From: a virus
DNA length: 64,000 bases
IMG/VR virus record: IMGVR_UViG_3300026292_000623
Coordinates: 8,214 to 72,213 of that record
Reading direction: 5' to 3' (one strand)
Below, in pieces: positions 39,618 to 49,457 of this stretch. How positions within the stretch are numbered: the first letter of the stretch is position 1; each line of letters opens with the position of its first letter. The notes beneath the pieces were generated by a model that saw nothing but the letters and a program-made list of their open reading frames with translations, was not told where the DNA came from and did not search any database. The translations under genes and the position numbers were made by a program.

Positions 39618-40711
39618 TATTTAAATTGTTCAGCAAATGGATCGAACTCTGTTCCACATTTCATTGAACATACGCCTAGCTTTCCATTTTTGATACTATC
39701 TAATTTCCAACTACGTTGTATATCCTGCATGATACCACTTGCGAATACTCCTTCTATTCCGTGTAACTTTGCATTTATCCCATCTTTACCACCAGCTCTA
39801 TCAATAAAGTCCCATATCTGTTCTACTTTAGGATCTTCGTGCCACCACTTATACATTCTACCTGCTGTCCAACAACAAGGCATTATTAATCCTTCTGCGG
39901 TTACAAATATACTATTCTTTTCACCGTTAGCTACTTTACATTTTATTTTAGCTTGGTTGTAATAATTCATCATACCACCATAACTTTTCTCTATCTCTTT
40001 TTGTTTTAATAAAGCAAGGTTTTGGTGTTCTTTCTTTTGTGGTTTTGCTAGTACGGTTGTCTGCTCCCCTTTTCTATTACGTGCTTGATGTATCTCTTTT
40101 GGCTGACTTGATTGAGTAATAAAACGCCCTGTCTTCTTTTTCATAAACTTCTCAACGCCCCACTCTTTGGCTAACTGTTCAGCTCTATCTACATCTTTTT
40201 CACTATGTTCAAATATTAAATAATCCCATCTTGCTCTTCCACCTGCATTAATAAATGCTTTCATATTACGTTCAACGTGTTCCCACTTAACACCTTGTCT
40301 ATATAAATGATTAGTTTCTTCTAGTCCATCTACACTAAAGATTACACAACCTTTTTTGCCTATAACTTTAGCTACTTCTGCCCACCATTCAGGTTTCTTT
40401 GCACCTGCATTAGTGTTCATACTTAACCACATATTAGGATTACAATCACGAAACCATTGAAATATTTCTAATGTATCTCTGGCACTAATAGGATCACCCA
40501 AGTTACCACACATATACATCGTGTGTAATTGAGCTATAAAATCGTGTGGAAATATATCAATACAATGATCTAATGTAAGTTCTGCTTCTTTACCTTTGAT
40601 GTGTGGATTTACTTCGCCGCCATTGACATTACGATCACACATAGGGCATGATGCATTGCACCGTTGGGTCACTTCGAGGTGAACTTCGTTTATGGCATTG
40701 TACTTGTACAT
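39617..40711 (-). CDS. Radical SAM protein with C-terminal SPASM/twitch domain
   Basis: CNASCPMC, GNLGDP, FSVDG; AEGLIMPCC...CSMKC; ATAAATA box 40728-40734. Confidence 0.93.
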   Translation of the reverse strand: MYKYNAINEVHLEVTQRCNASCPMCDRNVNGGEVNPHIKGKEAELTLDHCIDIFPHDFIAQLHTMYMCGNLGDPISARDTLEIFQWFRDCNPNMWLSMNTNAGAKKPEWWAEVAKVIGKKGCVIFSVDGLEETNHLYRQGVKWEHVERNMKAFINAGGRARWDYLIFEHSEKDVDRAEQLAKEWGVEKFMKKKTGRFITQSSQPKEIHQARNRKGEQTTVLAKPQKKEHQNLALLKQKEIEKSYGGMMNYYNQAKIKCKVANGEKNSIFVTAEGLIMPCCWTAGRMYKWWHEDPKVEQIWDFIDRAGGKDGINAKLHGIEGVFASGIMQDIQRSWKLDSIKNGKLGVCSMKCGTEFDPFAEQFK

Positions 40712-40735
40712 AGGATATCTTTCTTAGTATTTATT

Positions 40736-41086
40736 TTAAAATAACTGGTCAAATATAAAGTAATCCACTATGAACGTGGCTTCAGCACCTATGAATACGG
40801 ATAAGTAGAATCGGTCAGTTTTCATCCACAACCATTTAATAAAGCCCCAGGCTAATCCAACCCTGGCTGTGTAAACTGCATTGGCATATATCCATTCCAT
40901 TATTGGAGGGAATTCTTCTGCACCAAACAACATAGAAAATACACCACTATCGTATATAAAACTTATTTGTGCACCAATTAGTACTGCAATACTATATGGC
41001 ATAAATTTCATTAAGAACTTAATAATGTGAGCTGTAACTAATAACCTATATCCTACATAAACTACGTTAGCTACTAATAATTCCAT
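40736..41086 (-). CDS. Membrane protein with internal duplication
   Basis: ANVVY...AVLIGAQISFIYD and ANAVY...SVFIGAEATFIVD. Confidence 0.75.
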   Translation of the reverse strand: MELLVANVVYVGYRLLVTAHIIKFLMKFMPYSIAVLIGAQISFIYDSGVFSMLFGAEEFPPIMEWIYANAVYTARVGLAWGFIKWLWMKTDRFYLSVFIGAEATFIVDYFIFDQLF

Positions 41087-41355
41087 TAATTATCCAATAC
41101 AAATTTAACATCTTTTCCAGGACCTACTTCGCTGGGCATACCTCCATATTCGTATACATAATGTTTTATTACTGCTTTATACCACATCCAACTATTGTGA
41201 TGTGCATCTTTATTAAACTTATGAATTGAGTTATTATCTGCAGGCATTACACTTATTGCTCGTGCCGCTTCTTTCTGCAATTCTCTTGTTTCTAAGGAAT
41301 CTAAATGTTTATCAAATTCTGCTACGGTAAGTTCCCATACTTCATCGTCTTCCAT
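41086..41355 (-). CDS. Hypothetical protein
   Basis: Translationally coupled ORF. Confidence 0.7.
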   Translation of the reverse strand: MEDDEVWELTVAEFDKHLDSLETRELQKEAARAISVMPADNNSIHKFNKDAHHNSWMWYKAVIKHYVYEYGGMPSEVGPGKDVKFVLDN

Positions 41356-41591
41356 TACATTCCTCTTAATCTTTCTATCATTGCTTCTTTTGGATTGCTA
41401 AATCTAAAGGTTAACATCTGTCTACCTTCTTTAGTATAATGTACTTCTTGCAACCAAAAGTCATTGTCTTTACCATATGTAAATCCTTTATTGGTTAGCA
41501 AAGAAGATATATTTGCTACTGCATCCATTGTAGCAAACTGCTCTTTGTGTGTTGTGAAATCATCTGTAAAGTATTTTATGTCTGCTTTCAT
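41355..41591 (-). CDS. Hypothetical protein (tandem paralog)
   Basis: GFTYGKDNDFW...FRFSNPKEAM. Confidence 0.7.
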   Translation of the reverse strand: MKADIKYFTDDFTTHKEQFATMDAVANISSLLTNKGFTYGKDNDFWLQEVHYTKEGRQMLTFRFSNPKEAMIERLRGM

Positions 41592-41842
41592 TAATGTATA
41601 CTTGCCGCGATCCCTACACCAGAAAGTTTTAATAACATTGCTTCGTGTTGATCACTAAATCCAAATCTTATTGCTACTTCTTTTAATTTTACATCTCTAA
41701 CTATATCATGAAACCAAAAATCTGTGCCGTACTCTAATCCTTTAGCACCTAGCTCTGCTGATATCTTGCAACAAGCATCTTGTTCTCCTGTGTGCTCAAG
41801 GTCTTCACCAACTACAAATTCTATATATACTACATCATTCAT
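41591..41842 (-). CDS. Hypothetical protein (tandem paralog)
   Basis: GLEYGTDFW...FGFSDQHEAM. Confidence 0.7.
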   Translation of the reverse strand: MNDVVYIEFVVGEDLEHTGEQDACCKISAELGAKGLEYGTDFWFHDIVRDVKLKEVAIRFGFSDQHEAMLLKLSGVGIAASIH

Positions 41843-42822
41843 TACTTAACACCTATTAACATAAACCTATTGTATAAATGAGTATCTAACTCACCCTCAT
41901 ATAAAATACTTTGCATAGGATATTTCTTTTTAACGTCTTCTATATCTTTACAACAATTAACGTGTTGCTCGTTGCTGAAGTAATCATTTTGATGTAACAA
42001 TACAAATGTTCCTTTTGGTAAATTCTCATACCAAGTATTATCCATATGTTCACAACTAGTATTAATTACTAGATGTATTTTTCCTCTATCAATAAAACTA
42101 TTATCATAGATATCTTGAGGAAGTAATTTGCCTGCGTCTTTGTGCTTTTGTTCTAAGTCAGCACTATACGTTAACATATTTTTATCATTCCATCTAATTT
42201 TGTTTACATCTGTTGTAATAGGTGTAAACTTTTCTTCTTTAACTTCATTAGGATATAATCTTTTACTTGGCTCAATAACATTTTGATCTAAGTCTAAACT
42301 CCATATCTTAGAAACATCAAATTGTGAGAATAACATATGAGCAATAAAGTTATACCAGCCTCCATAAAATACTACGTTACCTATAGGACCATCAACTACT
42401 TTTGCTAGTTCGCTTACTAGCCATAGTTTACTTTTAACTTGGCCTCTACTTAAGAAGTCATTCATGTCAGGCATCTCTGCGGCCTTATCGCCGTCTGCCC
42501 AATAGTTAATAAACTTACATATGTTTACTAAGAAAGGATCTTCAAACATATATTTTCTGAATAGTGTTGCAACTAACTGTGGTTTAATTTCTACGTCATC
42601 TAATTGTTCGTGTAATAATACATTCATCCAAGCCTTCACGTGTGCAGGATTTGAATTAGGCATATTAGCTAGATCAATCATAACATCACGTTTCCTATAC
42701 CAATTATCATGATATAGAGCTTTGTGTACATTTTCCCATCGGCCTGCTTGACCATTAAAGTCAAAGTATTCACTTAACCCATTCATCCAATGGTATTGTT
42801 CTTTAAACTCAGACAACTTCAT
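41842..42822 (-). CDS. Methyltransferase-like protein
   Basis: GQVKSKLWL, VFYGGWY, SLDLD, VINTSCEH. Confidence 0.65.
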   Translation of the reverse strand: MKLSEFKEQYHWMNGLSEYFDFNGQAGRWENVHKALYHDNWYRKRDVMIDLANMPNSNPAHVKAWMNVLLHEQLDDVEIKPQLVATLFRKYMFEDPFLVNICKFINYWADGDKAAEMPDMNDFLSRGQVKSKLWLVSELAKVVDGPIGNVVFYGGWYNFIAHMLFSQFDVSKIWSLDLDQNVIEPSKRLYPNEVKEEKFTPITTDVNKIRWNDKNMLTYSADLEQKHKDAGKLLPQDIYDNSFIDRGKIHLVINTSCEHMDNTWYENLPKGTFVLLHQNDYFSNEQHVNCCKDIEDVKKKYPMQSILYEGELDTHLYNRFMLIGVK

Positions 42823-43513
42823 TAAATTTCTCCTTTAACCACTTCCAGTCATTAATCTTTCTTAATGCTTCTGTGTTATTTTTATAATGCTCTCCAAAGT
42901 CTTTACCTTGATTAGCACCTAATATAGCATAGTCACCGTATCTTCTATTGTCTCCACGTGTACACCATACTTCAAGTCTATATGCGTCATCAACTTGTTT
43001 GTTGTGATCAATAATATTACTTGACAACTTTGTGCATTCACGAAATGCACTACGCCATGTATTAAATGGATCTGTATTAAAAGCCGTAACATTACTTATC
43101 TCAAATTTAGGAACAAACTTTGCTCCTATACTTGTAGTCATATCTACTTTAAATTCTTCTACTGCTAGTAAGTTCTTTTTAGGAAATAGTTTAAGTCCGC
43201 CATATCCATATATTAAATCGTTTATAGGATTATGACTCCTATATGTAAATACACATTCTGTTTCCGGAACACCAGGATATGCTTCTCTTCTATCACTAGG
43301 CTCAAACTTAAACTGAAAGTTTTCTTGGATAACTGCATCAGCATCACATACATAAAAATAGCTAGTATTTGATTCTTCAGCACAGGCTTTGTGTGCATTT
43401 AGTAATCCTTCAATGCCATCTATACGTTTTGCGTGTGGTGCTTTTAATTTTAGTATCTCAAAATTATCATCTGCCTCTGGCTCTCCAAAGGTTAACATAA
43501 AAACATCTAACAT
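42809..43513 (-). CDS. GT-A-like glycosyltransferase
   Basis: G..NAH, YVCDAD (DxD), YGYGGLKL, WRSAFREC. Confidence 0.7.
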   Translation of the reverse strand: MLDVFMLTFGEPEADDNFEILKLKAPHAKRIDGIEGLLNAHKACAEESNTSYFYVCDADAVIQENFQFKFEPSDRREAYPGVPETECVFTYRSHNPINDLIYGYGGLKLFPKKNLLAVEEFKVDMTTSIGAKFVPKFEISNVTAFNTDPFNTWRSAFRECTKLSSNIIDHNKQVDDAYRLEVWCTRGDNRRYGDYAILGANQGKDFGEHYKNNTEALRKINDWKWLKEKFNEVV

Positions 43514-43523
43514 ATAATTCTCT

Positions 43524-44150
43524 CTAACTTTCGCGAACTGCTCGATCTACTTCAAAGTCTAACCAATATGGATCAGCTGGTTTGATGTATTTCTTGTTCG
43601 CATCTTCTTTTAGAATCTCATCTATTTCTGGATCCCAATAAGCAATAGGCCAATCTAGATCTCTACTTACTTGTTCCAAATAACTGCTCTTATACAAATA
43701 CAATAGTTCTTGACTTAAAAAGCTACACTTTTGATTCTCTAATAACCATTTAAAGTTTTCTTTTGCTATTGGTGTTGTATGAGTTTTTCTAATTCTCTTT
43801 TGTTGATATTCTAATATAGTTTGATCTCTACCAATAATTGCTATATCAACTGCATCAACATATTCTTCTGCTATTTTAATAAATTCTTTATATCTAGGGA
43901 CTACTGGTTCTTGATTTTTAAAATATGGACAACTTACACTAGTAACAAAATGTTCACTTTGTGTCCAGTCGAACTCTCTTAACAACTCAGGGTCTTGCCA
44001 CATATCAGCAAATGGTTCGTGATGGTGTCCTTCCCAATAAGTATTGAGTAGGCTTTTCCAACCATATACATCTTCATGTACTGCTAAACATTTACTGAAA
44101 ACATGATTGCCTGAACCTTGCGGTCCGGTTATAATTAATAATCTGCTCAT
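43524..44150 (-). CDS. Sulfotransferase-like P-loop protein
   Basis: IITGPQGSGNH, IIGRD; TTGACA-17-TATAAT at 44188-44160. Confidence 0.55.
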   Translation of the reverse strand: MSRLLIITGPQGSGNHVFSKCLAVHEDVYGWKSLLNTYWEGHHHEPFADMWQDPELLREFDWTQSEHFVTSVSCPYFKNQEPVVPRYKEFIKIAEEYVDAVDIAIIGRDQTILEYQQKRIRKTHTTPIAKENFKWLLENQKCSFLSQELLYLYKSSYLEQVSRDLDWPIAYWDPEIDEILKEDANKKYIKPADPYWLDFEVDRAVRES

Positions 44151-44212
44151 TTATACTCTATTATATACAGTAGTGGTTGATTTGTCAAGCTATACTTAAC
44201 ATAAATATATTT

Positions 44213-45421
44213 ATGCTATCTCAATTCCCCACTTCGAACAAAGTAGAATTAGAGCTCACTTCAAAGTGTACTATTAAATGTCCTAACTGTCCTAGAACAT
44301 ACCAAGCTGATCGCAGGCATGAATGGGACAATGGTAATATAAAAGAAGATGAGCTAATTAAGTTTCTACAAAGTACAGGTACCAATGATTTTAGGTTAAC
44401 AGGTGCTTATGGTGATGCATTATACCACCCTCAGTTAATAAAAGTACTAAAAGCTATAAAAAGTCTACCTGGTGGTAGGTTTATATTTGATACTAATGGA
44501 AGCTATCGTAAAAAAGAAGATTGGGATGAGATTGGTAAACTAATGGCTAATAATGATTATATTGTTTTTAGTATAGACGGAACTCCAGAAAACTTTACAA
44601 AATATAGAGTAAATGCAGACTGGCCTAGTATTAAAACTGGTGTAGAAACTTTAGTAAGTTATGGAGCTAGGCTTAGATGGAAATATATAGTATTTAAATA
44701 TAATCAAGACTTTGAAACTATGAAAGAAGCATATGATACTGCTACAGAGCTAGGCTTTTTTCAATTTGTTGTAGTTCATACACATAGAACTCCTCCAGGT
44801 ATGTTAGCTAGTAAAGAAGATTTTGATGCTAACTTAACTAAACTAGAAGAATATGTTTATAACAAGACCCAAGAAGCATTTGAACGTTATGGGCATGAAT
44901 ATAAGAAACACATTACTAGATTGAAAATTGCTATTACTCCTAGAACAAGTCAATTTAAAATGAAAGAAATAATTGAAAATAAAGCACCAGAAGCACATAG
45001 TATTACAATAAAAGATAAGACTACTAAAACTATTGACATTGAAAATAAACCAGTAGTAACAAATAATTTAAAAGAACAAGACAGAAATAAAGATAAGTTT
45101 GCTACAATGTCAATTACATTTAAAAAAGAAACTGTAGAAACAAAAAGTGTTTACCCACAATGTATGAATATGGATAATTATACTAACTTTATATCAAGTG
45201 AAGGATTGTTTTTACCTTGCTGTTTCTTACGAGTAGATCAAAAGAAAAACTTTGAAGAAGCTGGTATTACACAAGAAGATATTAAATCAATGAGCATATA
45301 CGAAAACACCCGAGACGAGATCATCTCAGGTGTTGCGTTTAAAAAGATAATGCGTAACTTTGAAAATATGACTATCTGTAAAAGAATATGTCCTAAATCA
45401 AAAGTTAAATCAAAACATTAA
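44213..45421 (+). CDS. Radical SAM protein with C-terminal SPASM/twitch domain
   Basis: CTIKCPNC, GAYGDA, DTNG, FSIDG; SEGLFLPCC...CKRIC; ATG 44213 preferred over TTG 44177. Confidence 0.9.
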   Translation: MLSQFPTSNKVELELTSKCTIKCPNCPRTYQADRRHEWDNGNIKEDELIKFLQSTGTNDFRLTGAYGDALYHPQLIKVLKAIKSLPGGRFIFDTNGSYRKKEDWDEIGKLMANNDYIVFSIDGTPENFTKYRVNADWPSIKTGVETLVSYGARLRWKYIVFKYNQDFETMKEAYDTATELGFFQFVVVHTHRTPPGMLASKEDFDANLTKLEEYVYNKTQEAFERYGHEYKKHITRLKIAITPRTSQFKMKEIIENKAPEAHSITIKDKTTKTIDIENKPVVTNNLKEQDRNKDKFATMSITFKKETVETKSVYPQCMNMDNYTNFISSEGLFLPCCFLRVDQKKNFEEAGITQEDIKSMSIYENTRDEIISGVAFKKIMRNFENMTICKRICPKSKVKSKH

Positions 45422-45945
45422 TTAGCTAATGGGTTATCCAAAGCTCTTTGTAATCTCTTATTAAGTCTTTCTTCTAATTCTTTCAGTTTAAGATCAGTAC
45501 TAGTTCTAAGACTATCAGCTTTTTGTTCGTAGTCAGTTAATAACTGATCACGTTTGTTTTCAAAACGTTGGTCAGCTAAATCAATTGCTACACGAACATC
45601 TTCTTCAGTCTTATTTACATCGTCTTCAACTTGATCAACAATACGTTCTAATCTAACAATATCATCACGTAATCCGTTTTTAATATCTTTAGAATAGTCT
45701 AGTGCTTCGTCAAGTTTAGTCTGAACTATTGCTAGTTCTTCTCTTATTCCGCTAAGATCTGGTGCCACGTATTGTTCGATTTTGTCTTTCATATTTGAAT
45801 AGTCTTTGTAAAATTCAAAACCTCCCCATAGTGCCCCACTTATCATACCTAATAAAGGAATTATTAATAATAGTTTACTGCCGCCTACTTTCAGGCCTTT
45901 GTATTCTATTTCAGCCATCTTATATCTCCTTTTCATTTCCATCAT
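45418..45945 (-). CDS. Membrane-anchored coiled-coil phage protein
   Basis: One TM, GFEFYKDY..MK, ends ALDNPLAN. Confidence 0.75.
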   Translation of the reverse strand: MMEMKRRYKMAEIEYKGLKVGGSKLLLIIPLLGMISGALWGGFEFYKDYSNMKDKIEQYVAPDLSGIREELAIVQTKLDEALDYSKDIKNGLRDDIVRLERIVDQVEDDVNKTEEDVRVAIDLADQRFENKRDQLLTDYEQKADSLRTSTDLKLKELEERLNKRLQRALDNPLAN

Positions 45946-46549
45946 GACTCTCTCTTGGAAGCCATTTATCGGAAGGTCTTAATGGATCGTTTTCAGAATC
46001 CCATCTTCCACTTAATCTAAGTACAAGATTAATTCCGTTGTCTTTTGCTAGTTTCCTAGCTTCGTCTATTTGGTGCTCGTTAAAACTAAAAGGTATCCAT
46101 TGCCAGTAGACTTGTTTACCTTTTTTAACACCTAAACACATTGCATCAAATGACTGTTGCCAGTCAATTCCAACTCTATATTTGTGAGCTGTATCTTTTA
46201 GCCCATCAACTCCAAACCATAATTCATTATATTTATTTACATATGAATCATAAAGCTCTTCCCACCAGGATACTTTCTTTCCAGATCCATTTGTGTGAAT
46301 TGCAAAGGTATTGTTAGTATTGTCCAACCATTTTGTAAATTCAATTAGGTTAGGATGATATATAGGATCACCCAAGTTACCACACATAATAACGTTTTTT
46401 GGTTTTGTTTTAATTACTAATTCTTTTGCATGATCTATATCTAAATCATCAATAGTATATCTTCCTCGTCTAATAGTCCTAGGGCATTTAGGGCATTCCA
46501 ATATACACCTTTTACTCATTTCTAAATGTAATAGTATTCCTGTATTCAT
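45920..46549 (-). CDS. Radical SAM core domain (no SPASM domain)
   Basis: CILECPKC, GNLGDP, HTNG, GVDG, FNEHQI. Confidence 0.9.
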   Translation of the reverse strand: MNTGILLHLEMSKRCILECPKCPRTIRRGRYTIDDLDIDHAKELVIKTKPKNVIMCGNLGDPIYHPNLIEFTKWLDNTNNTFAIHTNGSGKKVSWWEELYDSYVNKYNELWFGVDGLKDTAHKYRVGIDWQQSFDAMCLGVKKGKQVYWQWIPFSFNEHQIDEARKLAKDNGINLVLRLSGRWDSENDPLRPSDKWLPRESHDGNEKEI

Positions 46550-46833
46550 GATTTAACGTGTAACCATTCCTCTGTAGGCTTCTCAACTGATGTAAATGGT
46601 TTTCTACATTGGTCATAACAAGCCTTTTGTGCCCAATCTTTGGGATTCTCTTTTAAGTTTTTTACAAATTCTTTTAATTGTACATTTAAAATATCTTCAA
46701 TAGTATTATAGTTTAAATTCCATTTTCTATTTTCATTTATTCTTCCTTTTTCACCTAACCAGCAACAAGGCCTTACTTGACTATTAGAAGTAACATAAAG
46801 TCTTTCAGCATTTTCACATTTTGGATAAATCAT
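46546..46833 (-). CDS. Stand-alone SPASM/twitch domain protein
   Basis: YPKC...VRPCCW...CYDQC; ATGA overlap with radical SAM core. Confidence 0.85.
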   Translation of the reverse strand: MIYPKCENAERLYVTSNSQVRPCCWLGEKGRINENRKWNLNYNTIEDILNVQLKEFVKNLKENPKDWAQKACYDQCRKPFTSVEKPTEEWLHVKS

Positions 46834-46945
46834 ATAAACTTGCTCTTTCTAATTTTAAATAATCGTTTGTAGAGTGTGCTGGCTTAACACAGAAAGCTAA
46901 TATTCCTAGCATTATGAATAGTAATAATGTAAATCTTAAGTCCAT
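46814..46945 (-). CDS. Small membrane peptide (43 aa, not in ORF track)
   Basis: MDLRFTLLLFIMLGILAFCVKP...; GAGGG RBS. Confidence 0.55.
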   Translation of the reverse strand: MDLRFTLLLFIMLGILAFCVKPAHSTNDYLKLERASLYDLSKM

Positions 46946-46965
46946 CCTGCTACCCTCTATATCCG

Positions 46966-47304
46966 TCATTTGTTTGTTCTTTCTTTAAAATTAAATTGTA
47001 ATCCAAACACAACTCCTGCTCTGTTTTCTTCTAATGCTGGCATTACAAAAAAATTCTTATATCTTAACCTTGTCATTGGTACAACATCATAATCATATCC
47101 AGTAGCAACTCCAAGATCTAATGTCAAGTCTTCACTTATGTTTAACTTGTATGCCCCTACTAAACTTGTTCTATCTAAACTATTATAGTATGCACCCACA
47201 ATAGTCTTATCTGTTTCACATACGGCATAAGGATGTGCTTGATTATACTCATTTGCTAATCCTATATGCATAGACAGAGCCAAACCTAATACTAGACAAC
47301 TCAT
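46966..47304 (-). CDS. Exported small beta-barrel-like protein
   Basis: GAYYNS, GVATGY, alternating pattern near C-terminus. Confidence 0.6.
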   Translation of the reverse strand: MSCLVLGLALSMHIGLANEYNQAHPYAVCETDKTIVGAYYNSLDRTSLVGAYKLNISEDLTLDLGVATGYDYDVVPMTRLRYKNFFVMPALEENRAGVVFGLQFNFKERTNK

Positions 47305-49457
47305 TATTCCATACCCTCATATTGCATATCAACCATTTTCTTATGTAATAGTTCACTTGCTAGTCCATTTCTTAACCCACGTTGGTTCTCTGGTATTTTC
47401 TTATCTTGATATATTGCTTCTGGTTGATAAAAGTTTATGCCTGGTATATTATATTTACCGTATTCATTAAAACCCGGCACATAATTAATTAGTGATGCAA
47501 TTAATTGTTGTAAGGCCGCCTGGTCTTTTAATGATTGTGCTTCTCCCATTAATATTGCTAATTTTTCTAATTTCTTTTTAATAATTTCTTTCATTTTCTT
47601 TTTCTTAGCCGCCGCTTTTTCTTTAGCAGATAATTTCTTTACTTTTTTATTTTTTGTTTCTTTTTTAACTACAACTTCTTCGCTATCTGATTCTTCTTTT
47701 TCTTCACTTTCTTTTTCTTCTGATTCTTCTTCTTTTTCATCAGTACTTTCCTCTTCAGTACTTTCCTCTTCAGTGCTTTCTTCCTCTGTAGACTCTTCCT
47801 CAGTACTTTCCTCTTCTGTAGTTTCTTCCTCTGTAGTTTCTTCTTCTGTAGTTTCCTCTTCTACTGTATTTTCTTCTGTTGTTTCTTCTGTTGTACTATC
47901 TTCTGTTGTTGTTTCATTGTTTGTATCTGTTTCTGGTTCAGATACTTCTGGTTCCATTTCTAGTTCTTGTTCAATTTCATTTTCTACTTCTTGCTCTATT
48001 GATTCTATGCTTATATCTGGTAATTCTATTTCTATATCTGGTATCTCTACTTCTGGTGTTGTGTTTGTATTGTTAGTTCCAACACCTGTATCAATTTCTA
48101 TTTCAGGTAATGCTATTTCTGGCTCTGGGGCTGTAGGAATAACTACGATTGGTAAGTCAGGAGTTTCAAGTATATCATCTACTATGGAATCACCTGTTCC
48201 AGTTCCATCATCTATATCAGTAGGATCAGAAGGTGTAACTGGTGCTACATAACCTGGACACATATCATCATATTGTGGATTAAGTAAACATTGTTTATCA
48301 AAGTATGCTTGTTCATAACCTGTACATTGTACTGAATATGTTGCATCTAAATCACATTGTTGCTTTAAGTATGCGGCTTCGTATCCATCACAACTGCTAT
48401 CGTGTAAAGGATCTAAATTACATTGTTGAGTTAAGTAAGCGGCCGCATATCCATCACAGCCGGTATCATACAATGCATCTAAACTACATTGTTGATTGTA
48501 ATAGGCTGTGGCATAACCTGCACACCCACTATCATATAAAGGATTAGCGGCACATTGGGCATTATAGAATGCTTGAGCATAACCTGGACACCCTGCATCA
48601 TATAATGCATTGGCGGCACAATTTGTATCATATTCATATTGTGCAAGAGCCGTCGCATAACCTGGACAACTAGGATCGTATAAGGCTGTATCTGTGCAAG
48701 GGTTTGTTCTATATGTAAACCATGTTTGTAAATCACTTACAACTGGTCCATAATATCCATCCCAAGCACCTTTGTCTGCTCCTACAAATCTAAAACGAAC
48801 ATCACCTAATTGATTTGGTGTGTATATTGTTCCTATTTTATCTACGTGATTATAAAATTCTATATTACCTTCTACTACTTGCCAACGTACTGATCCTTGT
48901 GTTACTTCATTTGCACTATGACTATTTGCTCCATTCCACAGATACCATTTATCCATAGACCAAGTCTCTGATTTAATTACTGTACCATTTGCATCAGTAA
49001 TTTCAATATCAACAACTAATTGGTCCCATTGATTTTTGTAAGCACCATCAAGTACTTCACCTGTATTTTGATTTACTCTGTTGTTAAGATTGTTGTTACA
49101 AAAATTACTTGCTGTTCCACTACCTTGATTTGATGTATTGAAGCAATGAACATACTTCCATTTGTAGTGAGCTTTGTCTACACTTATTCCTGATGCTGAT
49201 AATGCTTGATTGATTGCTACGGTTAGTTCAAATGTATTAACACATTCTCCCCATCTTACAGTTTGTTTACTCCAGTTTGAACTGTTTACTTGGGCCGCGG
49301 TAGTGCCAGAAGGACAGCCACCATAAGGAGCTGTTATAGTCCCTTGACTTAAATTTTGTGTAGTAGGAGAAGTAGTAGTGTCTGCTAAACTGTTAGAGTA
49401 ACAGAAGCAACAACAAACTAGCACCAACACCCATAGCCGCGCCTTCAAGTTTATCAT
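47304..49457 (-). CDS. Large exported protein with Cys-rich repeats and acidic low-complexity region
   Basis: Signal peptide; seven C-x3-(P/A)LYD-x2-C-x-GY repeats; EEETT/EEEST runs; basic C-terminus. Confidence 0.85.
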   Translation of the reverse strand: MINLKARLWVLVLVCCCFCYSNSLADTTTSPTTQNLSQGTITAPYGGCPSGTTAAQVNSSNWSKQTVRWGECVNTFELTVAINQALSASGISVDKAHYKWKYVHCFNTSNQGSGTASNFCNNNLNNRVNQNTGEVLDGAYKNQWDQLVVDIEITDANGTVIKSETWSMDKWYLWNGANSHSANEVTQGSVRWQVVEGNIEFYNHVDKIGTIYTPNQLGDVRFRFVGADKGAWDGYYGPVVSDLQTWFTYRTNPCTDTALYDPSCPGYATALAQYEYDTNCAANALYDAGCPGYAQAFYNAQCAANPLYDSGCAGYATAYYNQQCSLDALYDTGCDGYAAAYLTQQCNLDPLHDSSCDGYEAAYLKQQCDLDATYSVQCTGYEQAYFDKQCLLNPQYDDMCPGYVAPVTPSDPTDIDDGTGTGDSIVDDILETPDLPIVVIPTAPEPEIALPEIEIDTGVGTNNTNTTPEVEIPDIEIELPDISIESIEQEVENEIEQELEMEPEVSEPETDTNNETTTEDSTTEETTEENTVEEETTEEETTEEETTEEESTEEESTEEESTEEESTEEESTDEKEEESEEKESEEKEESDSEEVVVKKETKNKKVKKLSAKEKAAAKKKKMKEIIKKKLEKLAILMGEAQSLKDQAALQQLIASLINYVPGFNEYGKYNIPGINFYQPEAIYQDKKIPENQRGLRNGLASELLHKKMVDMQYEGME
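47735..47915 (-). repeat. 15-nt tandem repeat encoding EEETT/EEEST
   Basis: Repeated units such as tcttcctctgtagtt and tcctcttcagtactt. Confidence 0.85.
48249..48698 (-). repeat. Seven ~22-aa Cys-pair repeats
   Basis: CAANALYDAGCPGYAQAFYNAQ, CAANPLYDSGCAGYATAYYNQQ, CSLDALYDTGCDGYAAAYLTQQ etc. Confidence 0.9.

Noticed and set aside
47773-48252. 159-aa Ser/Val-rich plus-strand ORF
   Set aside because: Antisense shadow of the EEETT low-complexity region.
47735-48698. CRISPR-like array
   Set aside because: The repeats are degenerate, in-frame and coding, with no spacers and no cas genes.
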